A DNA stretch of 64,000 nucleotides from Pseudomonadota bacterium (GCA_043821645.1 JBDRCO010000037.1:250021-314020), one strand, 5' to 3'; shown: positions 51,218-60,619, counted from the first letter of the stretch. Translations and numbers: made by a program. The notes: generated from the letters alone by a model not told the origin.

Positions 51218-52930
51218 GTGAGTTCACGTCGCCAGTGGATCGTCGCCGAACCGGACCAGCGTGTCGCCGAGCTGGCGCAGCAGCACCAGCTGAGTCCGCT
51301 GGTGGTGCAGGTGTTGCTCAACCGGGGGCTCGACGAGGCCGACATGCTGGGGCGCTTCCTGTCGCCGCAGCTCGGGCAGCTTCGCGATCCCTCGACGCTG
51401 GCGGGCATGGATCAGGCGGTGACACGCCTGGTCGGGGCGCTCGAGGCCCGCGAGCAGATCGGTGTGTTCGGCGACTACGACGTCGATGGGGTCACCTCGA
51501 CCGCAGTGGTGTCGTGGACCCTGAACCAGCTCGGCGGCCGGGTCCTTCGTCACGTGCCGCATCGTCTGCTCGATGGCTACGGCCTGAGTGAAGCAGGCCT
51601 GCGCGTCCTGGCGGACCAGGGCGCCAGCCTCATCGTCGCCGTGGACTGCGGGGTCACCGCCCATGCCGAGATCCGTGCGGCCCAGGCCATGGGACTCGAC
51701 GTGATCGTCGTCGACCACCACGCCCTCGAGGCCTCGCTGCCCGATGCCGTGGCAGTGGTCGATCCGCTGCGCAGCGACGATCACTCGGGCCTCGATGGGC
51801 TCGCCGCCGTGGGCCTGGCCTTTTTCTTGTGCGTGGCACTGCGTCGGGCGCTGCGCGAGCGAGGCTTCTTCGCGACCCGGGAGGAGCCGGACCTGCGCCA
51901 GTTGCTGGATCTGGTGGCCCTGGGCACGGTGGCGGACCAGGTCCCGCTGACCGACCAGAACCGCATCCTCGTGCATGCGGGTCTCAAGGTCTTGCAGCAG
52001 GCCAGCCGGCCGGGCATCCAGGCGCTGTGTGAAGTCGCCCGGGCCGATCCTGCTCGTCTTACCAGTAGTCGTCTGGCCTTCCAGCTGGCGCCGCGCATCA
52101 ACGCCGCCGGCCGTCTCGGCGATGCCATGGCGGCGGTGGATCTGATGCTCACCGACGACCCGGTGCAGGCGCGGTCGCTGGCCAGCATGCTGGACGTCGC
52201 CAACAGCGAGCGCCGGAGCATCGAGAACCTGGTCTTCGAGCAGGCCTGCGCCCTGGTCGAGGCGGCGGGCCGGGGAGCGATCCCCGAGGCCATCGTCATC
52301 GGCGATCCTGGGTGGCACCCCGGGGTGGTGGGCATCGTGGCCAGCCGTCTGGTCGAACGCTATGGCAGGCCCAGCTTGCTGGTTGGCGCCGAGGGACGTG
52401 GCTCCGGACGCAGCGTCCCGGGGTTCAATCTTCACGAGGCGCTGGCTGCCGTGCAGCATCACCTGATCGGTTTTGGCGGTCATGCCCAGGCCGTGGGTGT
52501 GCGCATGCGGCACCAGGACCTGCCCGCTCTGCAGAACGATCTCGCCTCCGAGGCGGCGCGTGCTCTGGGGCAGGCGGCGGAGGCGCCCCCGCTGATGCTC
52601 GATGCGCGGCTGCGGGTGGCCGAGCTCGACATTGGCCTCGCCGAGGAGCTACAGCGGCTGGCGCCCTTCGGCCGCGGCAACCCGGAGCCCTTGTTCGTCC
52701 TGGACGACGTGCACTTCGTGTCGCGCTCGCAGGTGGGCGGTCACCACGTCCGCTTCGTGGTCGAGGAGGCCGGGCGCACCGCGAGCGGGATCGCGTTCCA
52801 CATGGCAGACCGGCTCGAGGCCGGAGATTTTGCAGACGGCGCGCAGCTCGCCGTGGTACCTGAGGTGGACGAGTGGAACGGTCGGCGGCGGCTGTCGCTG
52901 CGGACCGTGGACGTGATCGCGCCGCTCTAG
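51218..52930 (+). CDS. recJ: ssDNA-specific exonuclease RecJ
   Basis: GDYDVDG, DGYG, VDCG, DHH, PRINAAGR, GSGRS, GGH..A.G, PFGRGNPEP. Confidence 0.96.
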   Translation: MSSRRQWIVAEPDQRVAELAQQHQLSPLVVQVLLNRGLDEADMLGRFLSPQLGQLRDPSTLAGMDQAVTRLVGALEAREQIGVFGDYDVDGVTSTAVVSWTLNQLGGRVLRHVPHRLLDGYGLSEAGLRVLADQGASLIVAVDCGVTAHAEIRAAQAMGLDVIVVDHHALEASLPDAVAVVDPLRSDDHSGLDGLAAVGLAFFLCVALRRALRERGFFATREEPDLRQLLDLVALGTVADQVPLTDQNRILVHAGLKVLQQASRPGIQALCEVARADPARLTSSRLAFQLAPRINAAGRLGDAMAAVDLMLTDDPVQARSLASMLDVANSERRSIENLVFEQACALVEAAGRGAIPEAIVIGDPGWHPGVVGIVASRLVERYGRPSLLVGAEGRGSGRSVPGFNLHEALAAVQHHLIGFGGHAQAVGVRMRHQDLPALQNDLASEAARALGQAAEAPPLMLDARLRVAELDIGLAEELQRLAPFGRGNPEPLFVLDDVHFVSRSQVGGHHVRFVVEEAGRTASGIAFHMADRLEAGDFADGAQLAVVPEVDEWNGRRRLSLRTVDVIAPL

Positions 52931-52959
52931 GCCGAGCGGCGTGAGATGGAGGGAGGACC

Positions 52960-53745
52960 ATGGGTCTGCGAACGCGCAGTGGTGAGGCTCTGCCCAGGGC
53001 CCGGGTCCTGAGCGGTCTCGTCGTGGCCATGCTGCTGGTGCCTGGATTCGCCTCGAGCCAGCAACCCGTGCACTCCGAGGCTGACGGTGCCCCGGAACTG
53101 GCACCTGTCGAATCCGCCGCGGCCATCCAGCGAATCTGGACCGACATGCGACGGGCCAAGAACCAGGCCAACTACTCGGAAGTGTGCGTCAAGCTCGACA
53201 TGCTGCGCGACCTCGGGCAGGACCTCGAGGCGTCCAAGCCCCTGGCGGCATATGCCTACCTGGTCTGCGCGCGGCAGCGGGTCAATTCCGGCGACATCGA
53301 GGGCACCGAGGAGTACCTGAAGCTGTCCATCGCGGCCGGGGGCGAGAAGCCCGAACACGACAAGGTGCGCGCCGAGATTGACCGTCTGCATGGGCTCGCG
53401 GCTCTGCGCAAGGGAGAGCTGGAGACAGCCTTGACGATGCTTCAGCTCGCCTATGCCCGTGGCATGGAGCAGAGCGATCGCGAGGCCGTGAGTGCGTCCT
53501 TGACCCAGTTTGCCTACGAGATGCATGGCCGTGGCGAGGATGTCAGGGCGCTGGCTTCGCTGGACGCAGCGCTGGCGATCTATCCTCGCAACCGGCAGGC
53601 CGAGATCCTGCGCCGCGATATCTGGATGTGGGATTACGGGGCCTGGATCGTGGTCGCGCTGGTGGTGTTTGGTGTGGCGATCTATTTCGTGTTTCGTCAG
53701 TGGCGCGAGGTCAAGCTTCGTGATTCGCTCATGAAGGATTGGTAA
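52960..53745 (+). CDS. Hypothetical TPR-like exported protein with C-terminal TM anchor
   Basis: GGAGG RBS; signal peptide; helical repeats; WIVVALVVFGVAIYFVF. Confidence 0.75.
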   Translation: MGLRTRSGEALPRARVLSGLVVAMLLVPGFASSQQPVHSEADGAPELAPVESAAAIQRIWTDMRRAKNQANYSEVCVKLDMLRDLGQDLEASKPLAAYAYLVCARQRVNSGDIEGTEEYLKLSIAAGGEKPEHDKVRAEIDRLHGLAALRKGELETALTMLQLAYARGMEQSDREAVSASLTQFAYEMHGRGEDVRALASLDAALAIYPRNRQAEILRRDIWMWDYGAWIVVALVVFGVAIYFVFRQWREVKLRDSLMKDW

Positions 53746-53764
53746 CTATTCGTATTTAAATAAT

Positions 53765-53816
53765 TTTACGCTATGCGTCAAATAACATTGACACCATTGA
53801 CGCGACGCGTTATCCT
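53765..53816 (+). promoter_or_regulatory. sigma70 promoter with two palindromic operator boxes
   Basis: TTGACA (53788-93), 17 bp, TATCCT (53811-16); boxes TTTACGC-TAT-GCGTCAA (53765-81) and TTGACGC-GAC-GCGTTAT (53797-813). Confidence 0.7.
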
Positions 53817-53857
53817 GGACCTGTCAAGTCACAGCAGCATTGCTGCAGGAGGACTGA

Positions 53858-54292
53858 ATGGCACGTCCAGCAAGTACCCCTACCAAGGCCAGACGCACGA
53901 CCAGAGCTCGGCCCGCAGCCAAGAGCGCAGCCAAGGCCCACGGTTCGCAGGCGCTGTTCCAGGAAATGGTGGAGCGCGCACGCCTGATGACAGAGCAGGG
54001 TTTGCACCAGGTGGACGAGTTGCGGGAAAAGGTCGAAGCCGCGCCCCTGGCCCGCCGGTTCCTGCATCAGATCGAGGAGGGCGGCGAGCGCTTCGAGGAA
54101 GAGAAGCTGCGGGTGGTGCGCCAGGCCGAGGAGTTCCGCCTGGCCCTGCGCCAGCTGCGGGATTCGCTGTGGCATGGGCTGGGTCTTGCCACCGTCGCGG
54201 ATCTGGACAAAATGGGCAGGCAGCTCAGGGCGGTGCGGAGCCAGCTGCGCCGTCAAGACCCCACTGGGGTGGTCCCGGCTGTGGACGCCTGA
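53858..54292 (+). CDS. Phasin-like (granule-associated) coiled-coil protein
   Basis: AGGAGG RBS; Ala/Lys/Arg-rich N-tail; GLGLATVADLDKMGRQL motif. Confidence 0.65.
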   Translation: MARPASTPTKARRTTRARPAAKSAAKAHGSQALFQEMVERARLMTEQGLHQVDELREKVEAAPLARRFLHQIEEGGERFEEEKLRVVRQAEEFRLALRQLRDSLWHGLGLATVADLDKMGRQLRAVRSQLRRQDPTGVVPAVDA

Positions 54293-54326
54293 CGCTGCAC
54301 GCGGGGCGAACAACGAGGAGGAACGC

Positions 54327-54695
54327 ATGGCACATGACAGCGAGGCCGGCAGCGCACGCACCACGCGCGGCACCAAGGCGCGGTTGCAGGAAGCCTGGCA
54401 GTCGACCCTGGGTCGCTTCGCCACCGCCGAGGAGGGCTCGCACAACCTGGTGCAGCGTCTGGTGGACTGGGGCAAGCTGACCGGCGACGAGGGGCGCAGC
54501 CTGCTCACCGAGTGGCGGCAGTCCATCGAGAGCAACCGGCGCCAGCTCGAACGCCGCGTCGAGGAAGCCATGCAGCGCTCGATGGGGCGGTTCACCATCC
54601 CCACGCAGCACGATCTCGAGGCACTCACCGCGCAGATTCGCGAGCTCGAGCGACGGGTGAGCGCGCTTGCCGAGCGCCGCGGGCTCGACACCTGA
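54327..54695 (+). CDS. Phasin family (PhaI/PhaF-like) protein
   Basis: GAGGAGG RBS; LVQRLVDWGKLT..EG..L and IPTQHDLEALTAQI.ELE.RV. Confidence 0.8.
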   Translation: MAHDSEAGSARTTRGTKARLQEAWQSTLGRFATAEEGSHNLVQRLVDWGKLTGDEGRSLLTEWRQSIESNRRQLERRVEEAMQRSMGRFTIPTQHDLEALTAQIRELERRVSALAERRGLDT

Positions 54696-54714
54696 GGCCC
54701 GCGCCATCTGCCGC

Positions 54715-55398
54715 GTGACTGCCCCACCCGTGCTACGCATCACCGAGATCCTGGCTACCTTGAATGGCGAGAGCCGGTGGGCAGGCCTGCCCTGCGCGCT
54801 GGTCCGTCTCACGGGCTGCCCCCTGCGCTGCCGATGGTGTGACGCGACCCACGCCCACGAGGGCGGTGAGCTGCTCGAAGGCACCGAGGTCCTGACCCGG
54901 ATCCGGGCGCTCGGGCTGCGGCGGGTCCTGGTGACCGGCGGCGAGCCCCTGGCGCAAGCGCACTGCCTGGGCCTGCTGCAGGCGCTGGTCGACGAGGGCC
55001 ACGAGGTGTTGCTGGAAACCTCGGGGGCGCTGCCCGTCGGCGCCGTGCCTGCCGCTGTTCACCGCATCGTCGACGTCAAGCCGCCGTCAAGCGGCGAGGC
55101 CGCGCGCATGCGGCTGGACAACCTGGCACTGCTGGGCCTGGACGACGAGGTCAAGTTCGTGGTGGCGGACCGGTCGGACTTCGACGCCGCACTGCAGGTG
55201 ATCCAGGCGCACGGTCTGGTCGGGCGCACCGGGATCCTGGTCTCGCCGGTGCATGACGAGCTGGCGCCCATCGTGGTGGCGCGCTGGATCCTGGACGCCG
55301 GGCTGGATACCCGCCTGAACCTGCAGCTTCACAAGCTGGCTTTCGGAGCCGCCGGAGATGCGGCCCTGGTCCAGGTGCGGGGTCGCGATCAGTCTTGA
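54715..55398 (+). CDS. queE: 7-carboxy-7-deazaguanine synthase (radical SAM)
   Basis: EI..T.NGE, VRLTGCPLRCRWCD, TGGEPL, ETSG, EVKFV, QLHK; start uncertain. Confidence 0.85.
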   Translation: MTAPPVLRITEILATLNGESRWAGLPCALVRLTGCPLRCRWCDATHAHEGGELLEGTEVLTRIRALGLRRVLVTGGEPLAQAHCLGLLQALVDEGHEVLLETSGALPVGAVPAAVHRIVDVKPPSSGEAARMRLDNLALLGLDDEVKFVVADRSDFDAALQVIQAHGLVGRTGILVSPVHDELAPIVVARWILDAGLDTRLNLQLHKLAFGAAGDAALVQVRGRDQS

Positions 55399-56066
55399 TC
55401 GTCTGGTGTGCTGCGCCGGCGCGAGAACAGCTTGACCACGAGGCTCAGCTCGTCGTGCAGGAAGCGCACGGCAAGGGGAGGGAGCCGCTGCAGGGCCACG
55501 GCCTTGAGTACCTGGGCCGGCGAGCCGAGGCTCAACTTGTCGTCGTCGGGAATCCTGGTCTCGATGCGCAATACGCCGTTGCCCTCGGGTTCCATCTGGG
55601 CGCCCAGCTCGCTCAGGATACGGAGCATGGGCGCGTTCTCCTCGAGCACGTAGCCGCGGAACACGTGGATGCCATTCTGGCGAGCGGAGCGACTGAGATA
55701 GCGCAGCAGCAGGGTGCCCAGACCACGGCTGTGGTGGGAATCGACCACGGTCACCGCCGCCTCAGCCACCTCGGGCTCGTCGGCGATGCGGACGTAGCGG
55801 GCGATGCCCAGGCCACTGGTGCGCTGATCCGGATCCCAGGCCACCCAGGCCATGTGGCTGGTGTAGTCGACCTCTGTCAGGTAGCGCAGTTGCTCCTCGG
55901 TGAAATCCTTGATCGGGGCCATGAAACGACGGTAGCGGGATTGCACGGACAGCTGCCCCAGGCCGGCGCGCAGGGCGGACTTGTCCTCGGGGCAGACGGG
56001 GCGGATCAGGACACGACCTCCGTCGCGGAGCCTTTCCTCGATGGGGTCCAATCCCGGCTTCACCAC
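55389..56066 (-). CDS. GNAT N-acetyltransferase (standalone Pat-like GNAT domain)
   Basis: LRDG..V.IRP, LS..SRYRRF, VDY..H.A, GIARY, AEAAVTV.D.H..RGLG, VL.EN..M. Confidence 0.88.
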   Translation of the reverse strand: MVKPGLDPIEERLRDGGRVLIRPVCPEDKSALRAGLGQLSVQSRYRRFMAPIKDFTEEQLRYLTEVDYTSHMAWVAWDPDQRTSGLGIARYVRIADEPEVAEAAVTVVDSHHSRGLGTLLLRYLSRSARQNGIHVFRGYVLEENAPMLRILSELGAQMEPEGNGVLRIETRIPDDDKLSLGSPAQVLKAVALQRLPPLAVRFLHDELSLVVKLFSRRRSTPDDQD

Positions 56067-56157
56067 CGCGCCACCTCCAGGCCGCAGCATAGCCTGCCCC
56101 GGCCAACGGGGCGACGGCACTTGCGTCTTTTTCACGCGGGTCTGATAACCTCGCCTC

Positions 56158-57291
56158 GTGCGACACCTCCCAAGAAACTGCGCTGTCCTCGTCGTCATGG
56201 TGCTGGCCTCCGCGTGCCCGCGGGGAGATCACGACGACGAGAAACGCGGAGGCGAGGTGCCGGCAGTGCGCGTGGAGCTGGTGCGGCGCGGCGACATCGG
56301 CCGCGACGTGGTGGCGACTGCCGCCGTCGAGTCCCAGCGCGCCGTCGACCTGTTTGCCGAGACCACCGGTCTGGTGGCCAGCCTTCCGGTCGAGGAAGGC
56401 GACGTGGTGCGCGCCGGGCAGCTGCTGTGCGCCATCAGCAACGCCATGACCCAGGTCGCCCTGGACCGCGCCCGTCTCGAGGTCGAACAGCTGAAGAGCG
56501 AACTCGTCAGCACCACCAGGCTCGACGAGAAGGGCTTCGTGTCCCGGCGCACCCGTGAGGATATCGAGTTCAGGCTGCGCCGCGCCGAGCTCGAGCAGCA
56601 ACGCAACGAGGAGGAATCACGGCGTCAGCGCGTGGTGGCCCCCTTCGCCGGCGTCATCTCCCGCCGGTATGTCACCCCGGGGGAGCAGGTCGTGCCGCAG
56701 CGCCGCCTGCTGTCCCTGGTCGACCACACCGACCTGCGGGTGGTGCTCTCGGTGCCCGAGTCGCAGATGCGGGGTCTGGTGGCGGATCTGCCCGTGAGCC
56801 TGCGCTCGGTATCGACGGACGCCCGGGCCCAGGGGAAGGTCCTGCGTCTCGCTCCGGTGGTGGACGCGCGCTCGGGCACCGTGCGGGTGACCGTGACCGT
56901 GCCTCACGATCAGGGGTTGCTGCCCGGAATGCTCGTCTCCGCGACCATCCGAGTGGAACAGCATGACAACGTGGCGCTGGCGCCGCGCCGTGCCCTGGAC
57001 CTCGACGCGCCGGTGCCAACACTGTATCGGCTGACCTCTCGCGAGGGGGACGCAGGCCTTGTCTGGATCGCCGGACGGGTGGCGCCGAGTCTGGGGATCC
57101 TGGGTGACGACCACATCGAGATCCTCGATGGCCTCGAGGTCGGGGCCCAGGTCGTGGTCGCAGGTCAGACCACGTTGCGCGACGGCATCGTCGTGCGCGT
57201 GGTGGGCGAGCGCGCGTCGAACGCCGACGCGGCGGGCTCAGACGGAGGTGCTCGGGGCGAGGATGCGGCGGTGGGTCCCGGCGGGCTCTGA
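56158..57291 (+). CDS. RND efflux periplasmic adaptor (membrane fusion protein)
   Basis: V.EGD.V..GQLL lipoyl half, APFAGVI, VPE, PVVD..SGT, LLPGM, GLEVG..VVV.G. Confidence 0.9.
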   Translation: MRHLPRNCAVLVVMVLASACPRGDHDDEKRGGEVPAVRVELVRRGDIGRDVVATAAVESQRAVDLFAETTGLVASLPVEEGDVVRAGQLLCAISNAMTQVALDRARLEVEQLKSELVSTTRLDEKGFVSRRTREDIEFRLRRAELEQQRNEEESRRQRVVAPFAGVISRRYVTPGEQVVPQRRLLSLVDHTDLRVVLSVPESQMRGLVADLPVSLRSVSTDARAQGKVLRLAPVVDARSGTVRVTVTVPHDQGLLPGMLVSATIRVEQHDNVALAPRRALDLDAPVPTLYRLTSREGDAGLVWIAGRVAPSLGILGDDHIEILDGLEVGAQVVVAGQTTLRDGIVVRVVGERASNADAAGSDGGARGEDAAVGPGGL

Positions 57292-57297
57292 AGCGCC

Positions 57298-58563
57298 TCA
57301 GCGGAACGGGCGCGCCTCCGTGTCGTCGGGGATCTCCAGTCGTGCCGTCACGGATCCCGGTTCTGGCCCATAGATCCAGCGCACCACTCCCTCGACCACA
57401 AAACCAAACAACCCGAACAGCAGCAGCGGGAGCAGCAGCATGGCCGCGAGCAGCTTGCCGGGAGCCGTGGCGCGCCGCACCCGTCCACTCGGATCGGTCG
57501 CGGTGGGTCGGGTGGCAAGTGATGGCGACTGCTTGCGAGGAAGCGGTGGATCCAGTGCCAGGAAGCTGCCCGACAGCAGGGCCACATCCTGCTCCTCGCC
57601 GGCACCTTTCTCGAGCCCGGCGGTCCCCTCGAGTTCCGCGGCCAGGTACTCCGCGAGCAGCAGCGAGTCCGATCCCCTGGGCAGCACCCGCAGCAAGCGC
57701 TCGCAGGCCAGCTTGAAGTCGCGCGCACTCTGGAAGCGGCGCTCGGGCTTGGGGTCGAGGGCCGTGCGCAGGATGCGGTCGACGATGGGCGGCAGGTGTG
57801 GCCGGAGCTCCAGCACCGAGGGATAGTCACCGCCCTTGATCACGGACACCACGGCCTCTTCGGGCTGCTGATCGAACAGGCGCCTCCCGGCGAGCATCTC
57901 CCACAACACCGTGCCGACGGCGAAGATGTCGCTGCGACGATCCAGGGGTGCACCCGAGATCTGCTCGGGCGACATGTAGCGAAACTTCCCCTTGACGATA
58001 CCGACCCTAGTCATCACGCTCTGCAGCTTGCTCTTGGCCACGCCAAAGTCGCACACCTTGGCGACCCCGGCGCGCGAAACCAGGACATTGACCGGAGAGA
58101 TGTCGCGATGAATCAGCCCCAGCGGCCGGCCGCGCGCGTCACGACGCTCGTGGGCAAAGTGCAGGCCGCCGAGCATGTCGGCGGTGATGCGCAGCGCGTG
58201 CTGCAGGGGCACGGGTCTGCCCACCGCGGAGGCATTGTCGATGACCCAGCGCAGAGTGGCGCCAGGAACGAACTCCATGGCGATGTAGTAGGATCCCTTT
58301 TCTTCCCCCAGCGCATAGATCTGGACGATGTGGGGATGGTCGAGCAGGGCCTGCACCCTGGCCTCGTCGAGGAACATGGCCAGCACCTCGCTGTCGCCGA
58401 GCAGCTTCTTGGCGATGCGCTTGATCACCACGCGCTTTTCAAAGCCGCCGGGCCCCACCTTCTTGGCGAGGAAGATCTCGGCCATGCCGCCTGCAGCGAG
58501 GAGCTGGATGATGTCGTAGTCGCCCAGGCGTTCGGGTGCGAGGATGTCCATTCCGCGAGCCAT
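57298..58563 (-). CDS. Ser/Thr protein kinase with C-terminal TM
   Basis: LAAGGMAEIF, VIKRI, HRDISPVN, DFG, KGKFRYMSPEQ; start at 58563 or 58551. Confidence 0.93.
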   Translation of the reverse strand: MARGMDILAPERLGDYDIIQLLAAGGMAEIFLAKKVGPGGFEKRVVIKRIAKKLLGDSEVLAMFLDEARVQALLDHPHIVQIYALGEEKGSYYIAMEFVPGATLRWVIDNASAVGRPVPLQHALRITADMLGGLHFAHERRDARGRPLGLIHRDISPVNVLVSRAGVAKVCDFGVAKSKLQSVMTRVGIVKGKFRYMSPEQISGAPLDRRSDIFAVGTVLWEMLAGRRLFDQQPEEAVVSVIKGGDYPSVLELRPHLPPIVDRILRTALDPKPERRFQSARDFKLACERLLRVLPRGSDSLLLAEYLAAELEGTAGLEKGAGEEQDVALLSGSFLALDPPLPRKQSPSLATRPTATDPSGRVRRATAPGKLLAAMLLLPLLLFGLFGFVVEGVVRWIYGPEPGSVTARLEIPDDTEARPFR

Positions 58564-58601
58564 GTTGGTCCGGCACCATATCACACGCGCAGGCCTGTGC
58601 C

Positions 58602-60320
58602 ATGACTGCGCTTCCCTCGGCGACCCGGCGTGCCGGGCGACTGCATGCCACCGCCATCGCGGTGATCCTGGCCGCAGGTGCGACCGTGCTCACGTCGGCA
58701 GGGCTGGGCAGCTGGGCGGTGCCCGGGCCTCTGTCCGGGATCCTGCTCGGGGTCTGGATCCTGAGCACTACCCTGTTGCTGGTCTGGGTGCATGCCGCCG
58801 ATGCCTTTGCGGTGGGATTCGCGGCGCCACTGCAACGCCCCGTCGAGAGTGCCGTTCTGGTCACCGCGGCGATGGCCTTGCTGCTCGAAGGTGCGTTGCT
58901 CGGTGGCGGGGTGCTGAGCTCGCTGGGAATGCGCTGGTTGCCCTTGTTGCCCTGGGCTCCCTGGTTCCCGGACACGGTGCTGGCCGGACGCCTGGTGGCT
59001 GGCCTGCTGGCCACCCTGATCGTCGGTGTCGGAGCCCGGGGGTGGGTGGGATCCGCCGTGGCCTCCATCCTCGCCGCGGGCGCGACGCTGGTCGGTGTGC
59101 TGGCGGTGTTGAACGGTGGCGCGACGCCGGCTACGCCCGTCGAGGTGACGGACGAGCTGCGGGGGTGGTTTGCCGCCGCGCCCTTGCTGTCCCTGCTTCC
59201 TCTGCTGGTGCTGGCCCCTGCCTTCAAGCCCCCCAAGCGCCGGACCCTGGGGACCGCCGCGGTGGGACTGGTGGTGGGCGTGGTCGCCCTCGCGCTGGGT
59301 GCTCCCCTGTTGCTGCGATCGGCCCTGGGCGCGCAGGACAGGACAGAGCTCGTGCTGCTGGCCTGCTGGACGCCGGCGGTGCTGCTGGCCGTGCTACACA
59401 GGCTGGTGGTGGGCTACGAGGTTGCCGCCGGGATCGAGCGCAGCGGGTTGTTTCCGACCTGGCTGGTCCGCCGCAGCCGGCGTCTGGGAACCCCGGTACC
59501 GGTGCTGATCCTGCAGCTGCTGGGCATGCTCGGCGTGATCTTCCTGCTCGATGTGGAGCACAGCTTTGCAAGCGCGGTGGCGCTTGCCGGGCTGGCCACG
59601 GGGCTGTTTGCGGTGCAGGCGGGGCGCCTGGGCTGGCAGCAGCGACGGTGGTGGGTCCTGCCCTGCGCTGCGGTGGCCGTACTCGGAGCCTCGACCTTCG
59701 TCGTCATCGCGGCCCGGGAAGCCTCGGACATCGTAGTGGTCCTCCTCGTCGCCAGCGCCCTGCTCGGTGCGGTGGCGCTGGGAGTCCGCGCTTCCAAGCC
59801 TCATGTGCCACACCTGCGCGCCGAGTCCGTCGAGGCGCTGGCGGCCTCCTCACCGCGCGGGATCCCCATCCTGACGCTGCACGAGGCGCTCGAGGTCGCG
59901 GATAACTACAAGGCGCGGGTCCTTGTGGCCACCCTGCGCGGCAGTCACGACCTGATGGAACGGGCCGCCCTGAGGGCCGAGGATGATCGCGCCGTGTTCG
60001 TGCTTTTCGTCGACGAGATCCCGGGGATGTTCTATCCACCGCACGTCGCGCCCTCGGCGACCGCGGTCGAGTTGCTGCTCAAGGTGTGCAGTGAACTCGA
60101 TGCCCGCGGCTACCAGGGCATTCCGATCTGGCGCGTGGCTCATGACGTCGCCGCGTCCATCGCCCAGGCCGCTCGCGATCTGCATGTCGATCGCGTGATC
60201 GTGGATGTGGGTGCAGCCCGGCCCCTGGGCGAAGTGCTTCGGGGAGGGACGCTGAGCCGCTTGCGCACCTTGCTGGGTAAGCTGTCCCTCGAGGTCGTTC
60301 GGCCAGAATCCCGTTCCTGA
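58602..60320 (+). CDS. Divergent APC-superfamily transporter-like protein with C-terminal USP-like domain
   Basis: About 11-12 hydrophobic segments; GLFPTWL....RLGTP..V APC loop motif; C-terminal VLVA...VLFVDE...AASIAQAARDL..D.VIV. Confidence 0.65.
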   Translation: MTALPSATRRAGRLHATAIAVILAAGATVLTSAGLGSWAVPGPLSGILLGVWILSTTLLLVWVHAADAFAVGFAAPLQRPVESAVLVTAAMALLLEGALLGGGVLSSLGMRWLPLLPWAPWFPDTVLAGRLVAGLLATLIVGVGARGWVGSAVASILAAGATLVGVLAVLNGGATPATPVEVTDELRGWFAAAPLLSLLPLLVLAPAFKPPKRRTLGTAAVGLVVGVVALALGAPLLLRSALGAQDRTELVLLACWTPAVLLAVLHRLVVGYEVAAGIERSGLFPTWLVRRSRRLGTPVPVLILQLLGMLGVIFLLDVEHSFASAVALAGLATGLFAVQAGRLGWQQRRWWVLPCAAVAVLGASTFVVIAAREASDIVVVLLVASALLGAVALGVRASKPHVPHLRAESVEALAASSPRGIPILTLHEALEVADNYKARVLVATLRGSHDLMERAALRAEDDRAVFVLFVDEIPGMFYPPHVAPSATAVELLLKVCSELDARGYQGIPIWRVAHDVAASIAQAARDLHVDRVIVDVGAARPLGEVLRGGTLSRLRTLLGKLSLEVVRPESRS

Positions 60321-60442
60321 CCGCAGCGTTCCGGGAGCGAGCCCGGCACGAGCTGGACCCGGCGGCCCCGATGCCCGGGGAACGGCCGGGGTGGTCCGCA
60401 ACCAGGATGGTTGAAAATGTATGAGAGCCACCTACAAGCCGC

Positions 60443-60470
60443 TTGACAGCCCAGATCCGGCAGCTATAGT
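60443..60470 (+). promoter_or_regulatory. str operon sigma70 promoter
   Basis: TTGACA, 16 bp, TATAGT, then a GC-rich discriminator GCGCCGAC. Confidence 0.75.
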
Positions 60471-60557
60471 GCGCCGACTTCGAGAGGGGAGACCCGATCG
60501 GGGCCCGTCTCGCCGCACTGCGCGACGGGGGTTCTTTGAGGTGGCCAGGATACGCGT

Positions 60558-60601
60558 AGCCACTTCCGGCCCGCCGACGGGCGAAGTGGCTTTCGCTTTT
60601 T
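60558..60601 (+). terminator. Terminator-like hairpin in the rpsL leader
   Basis: AGCCACTTC..GCCCG-CCGA-CGGGC-GAAGTGGCT followed by TTCGCTTTTT. Confidence 0.55.
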
Positions 60602-60619
60602 GATGGAGAAGACGAGAAC

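Noticed and set aside
54715..55398. queE as part of a 7-deazaguanine DNA-modification (dpd) island
   Set aside because: No dpdA/tgt, queC, queD or defence genes adjacent; consistent with ordinary queuosine synthesis.
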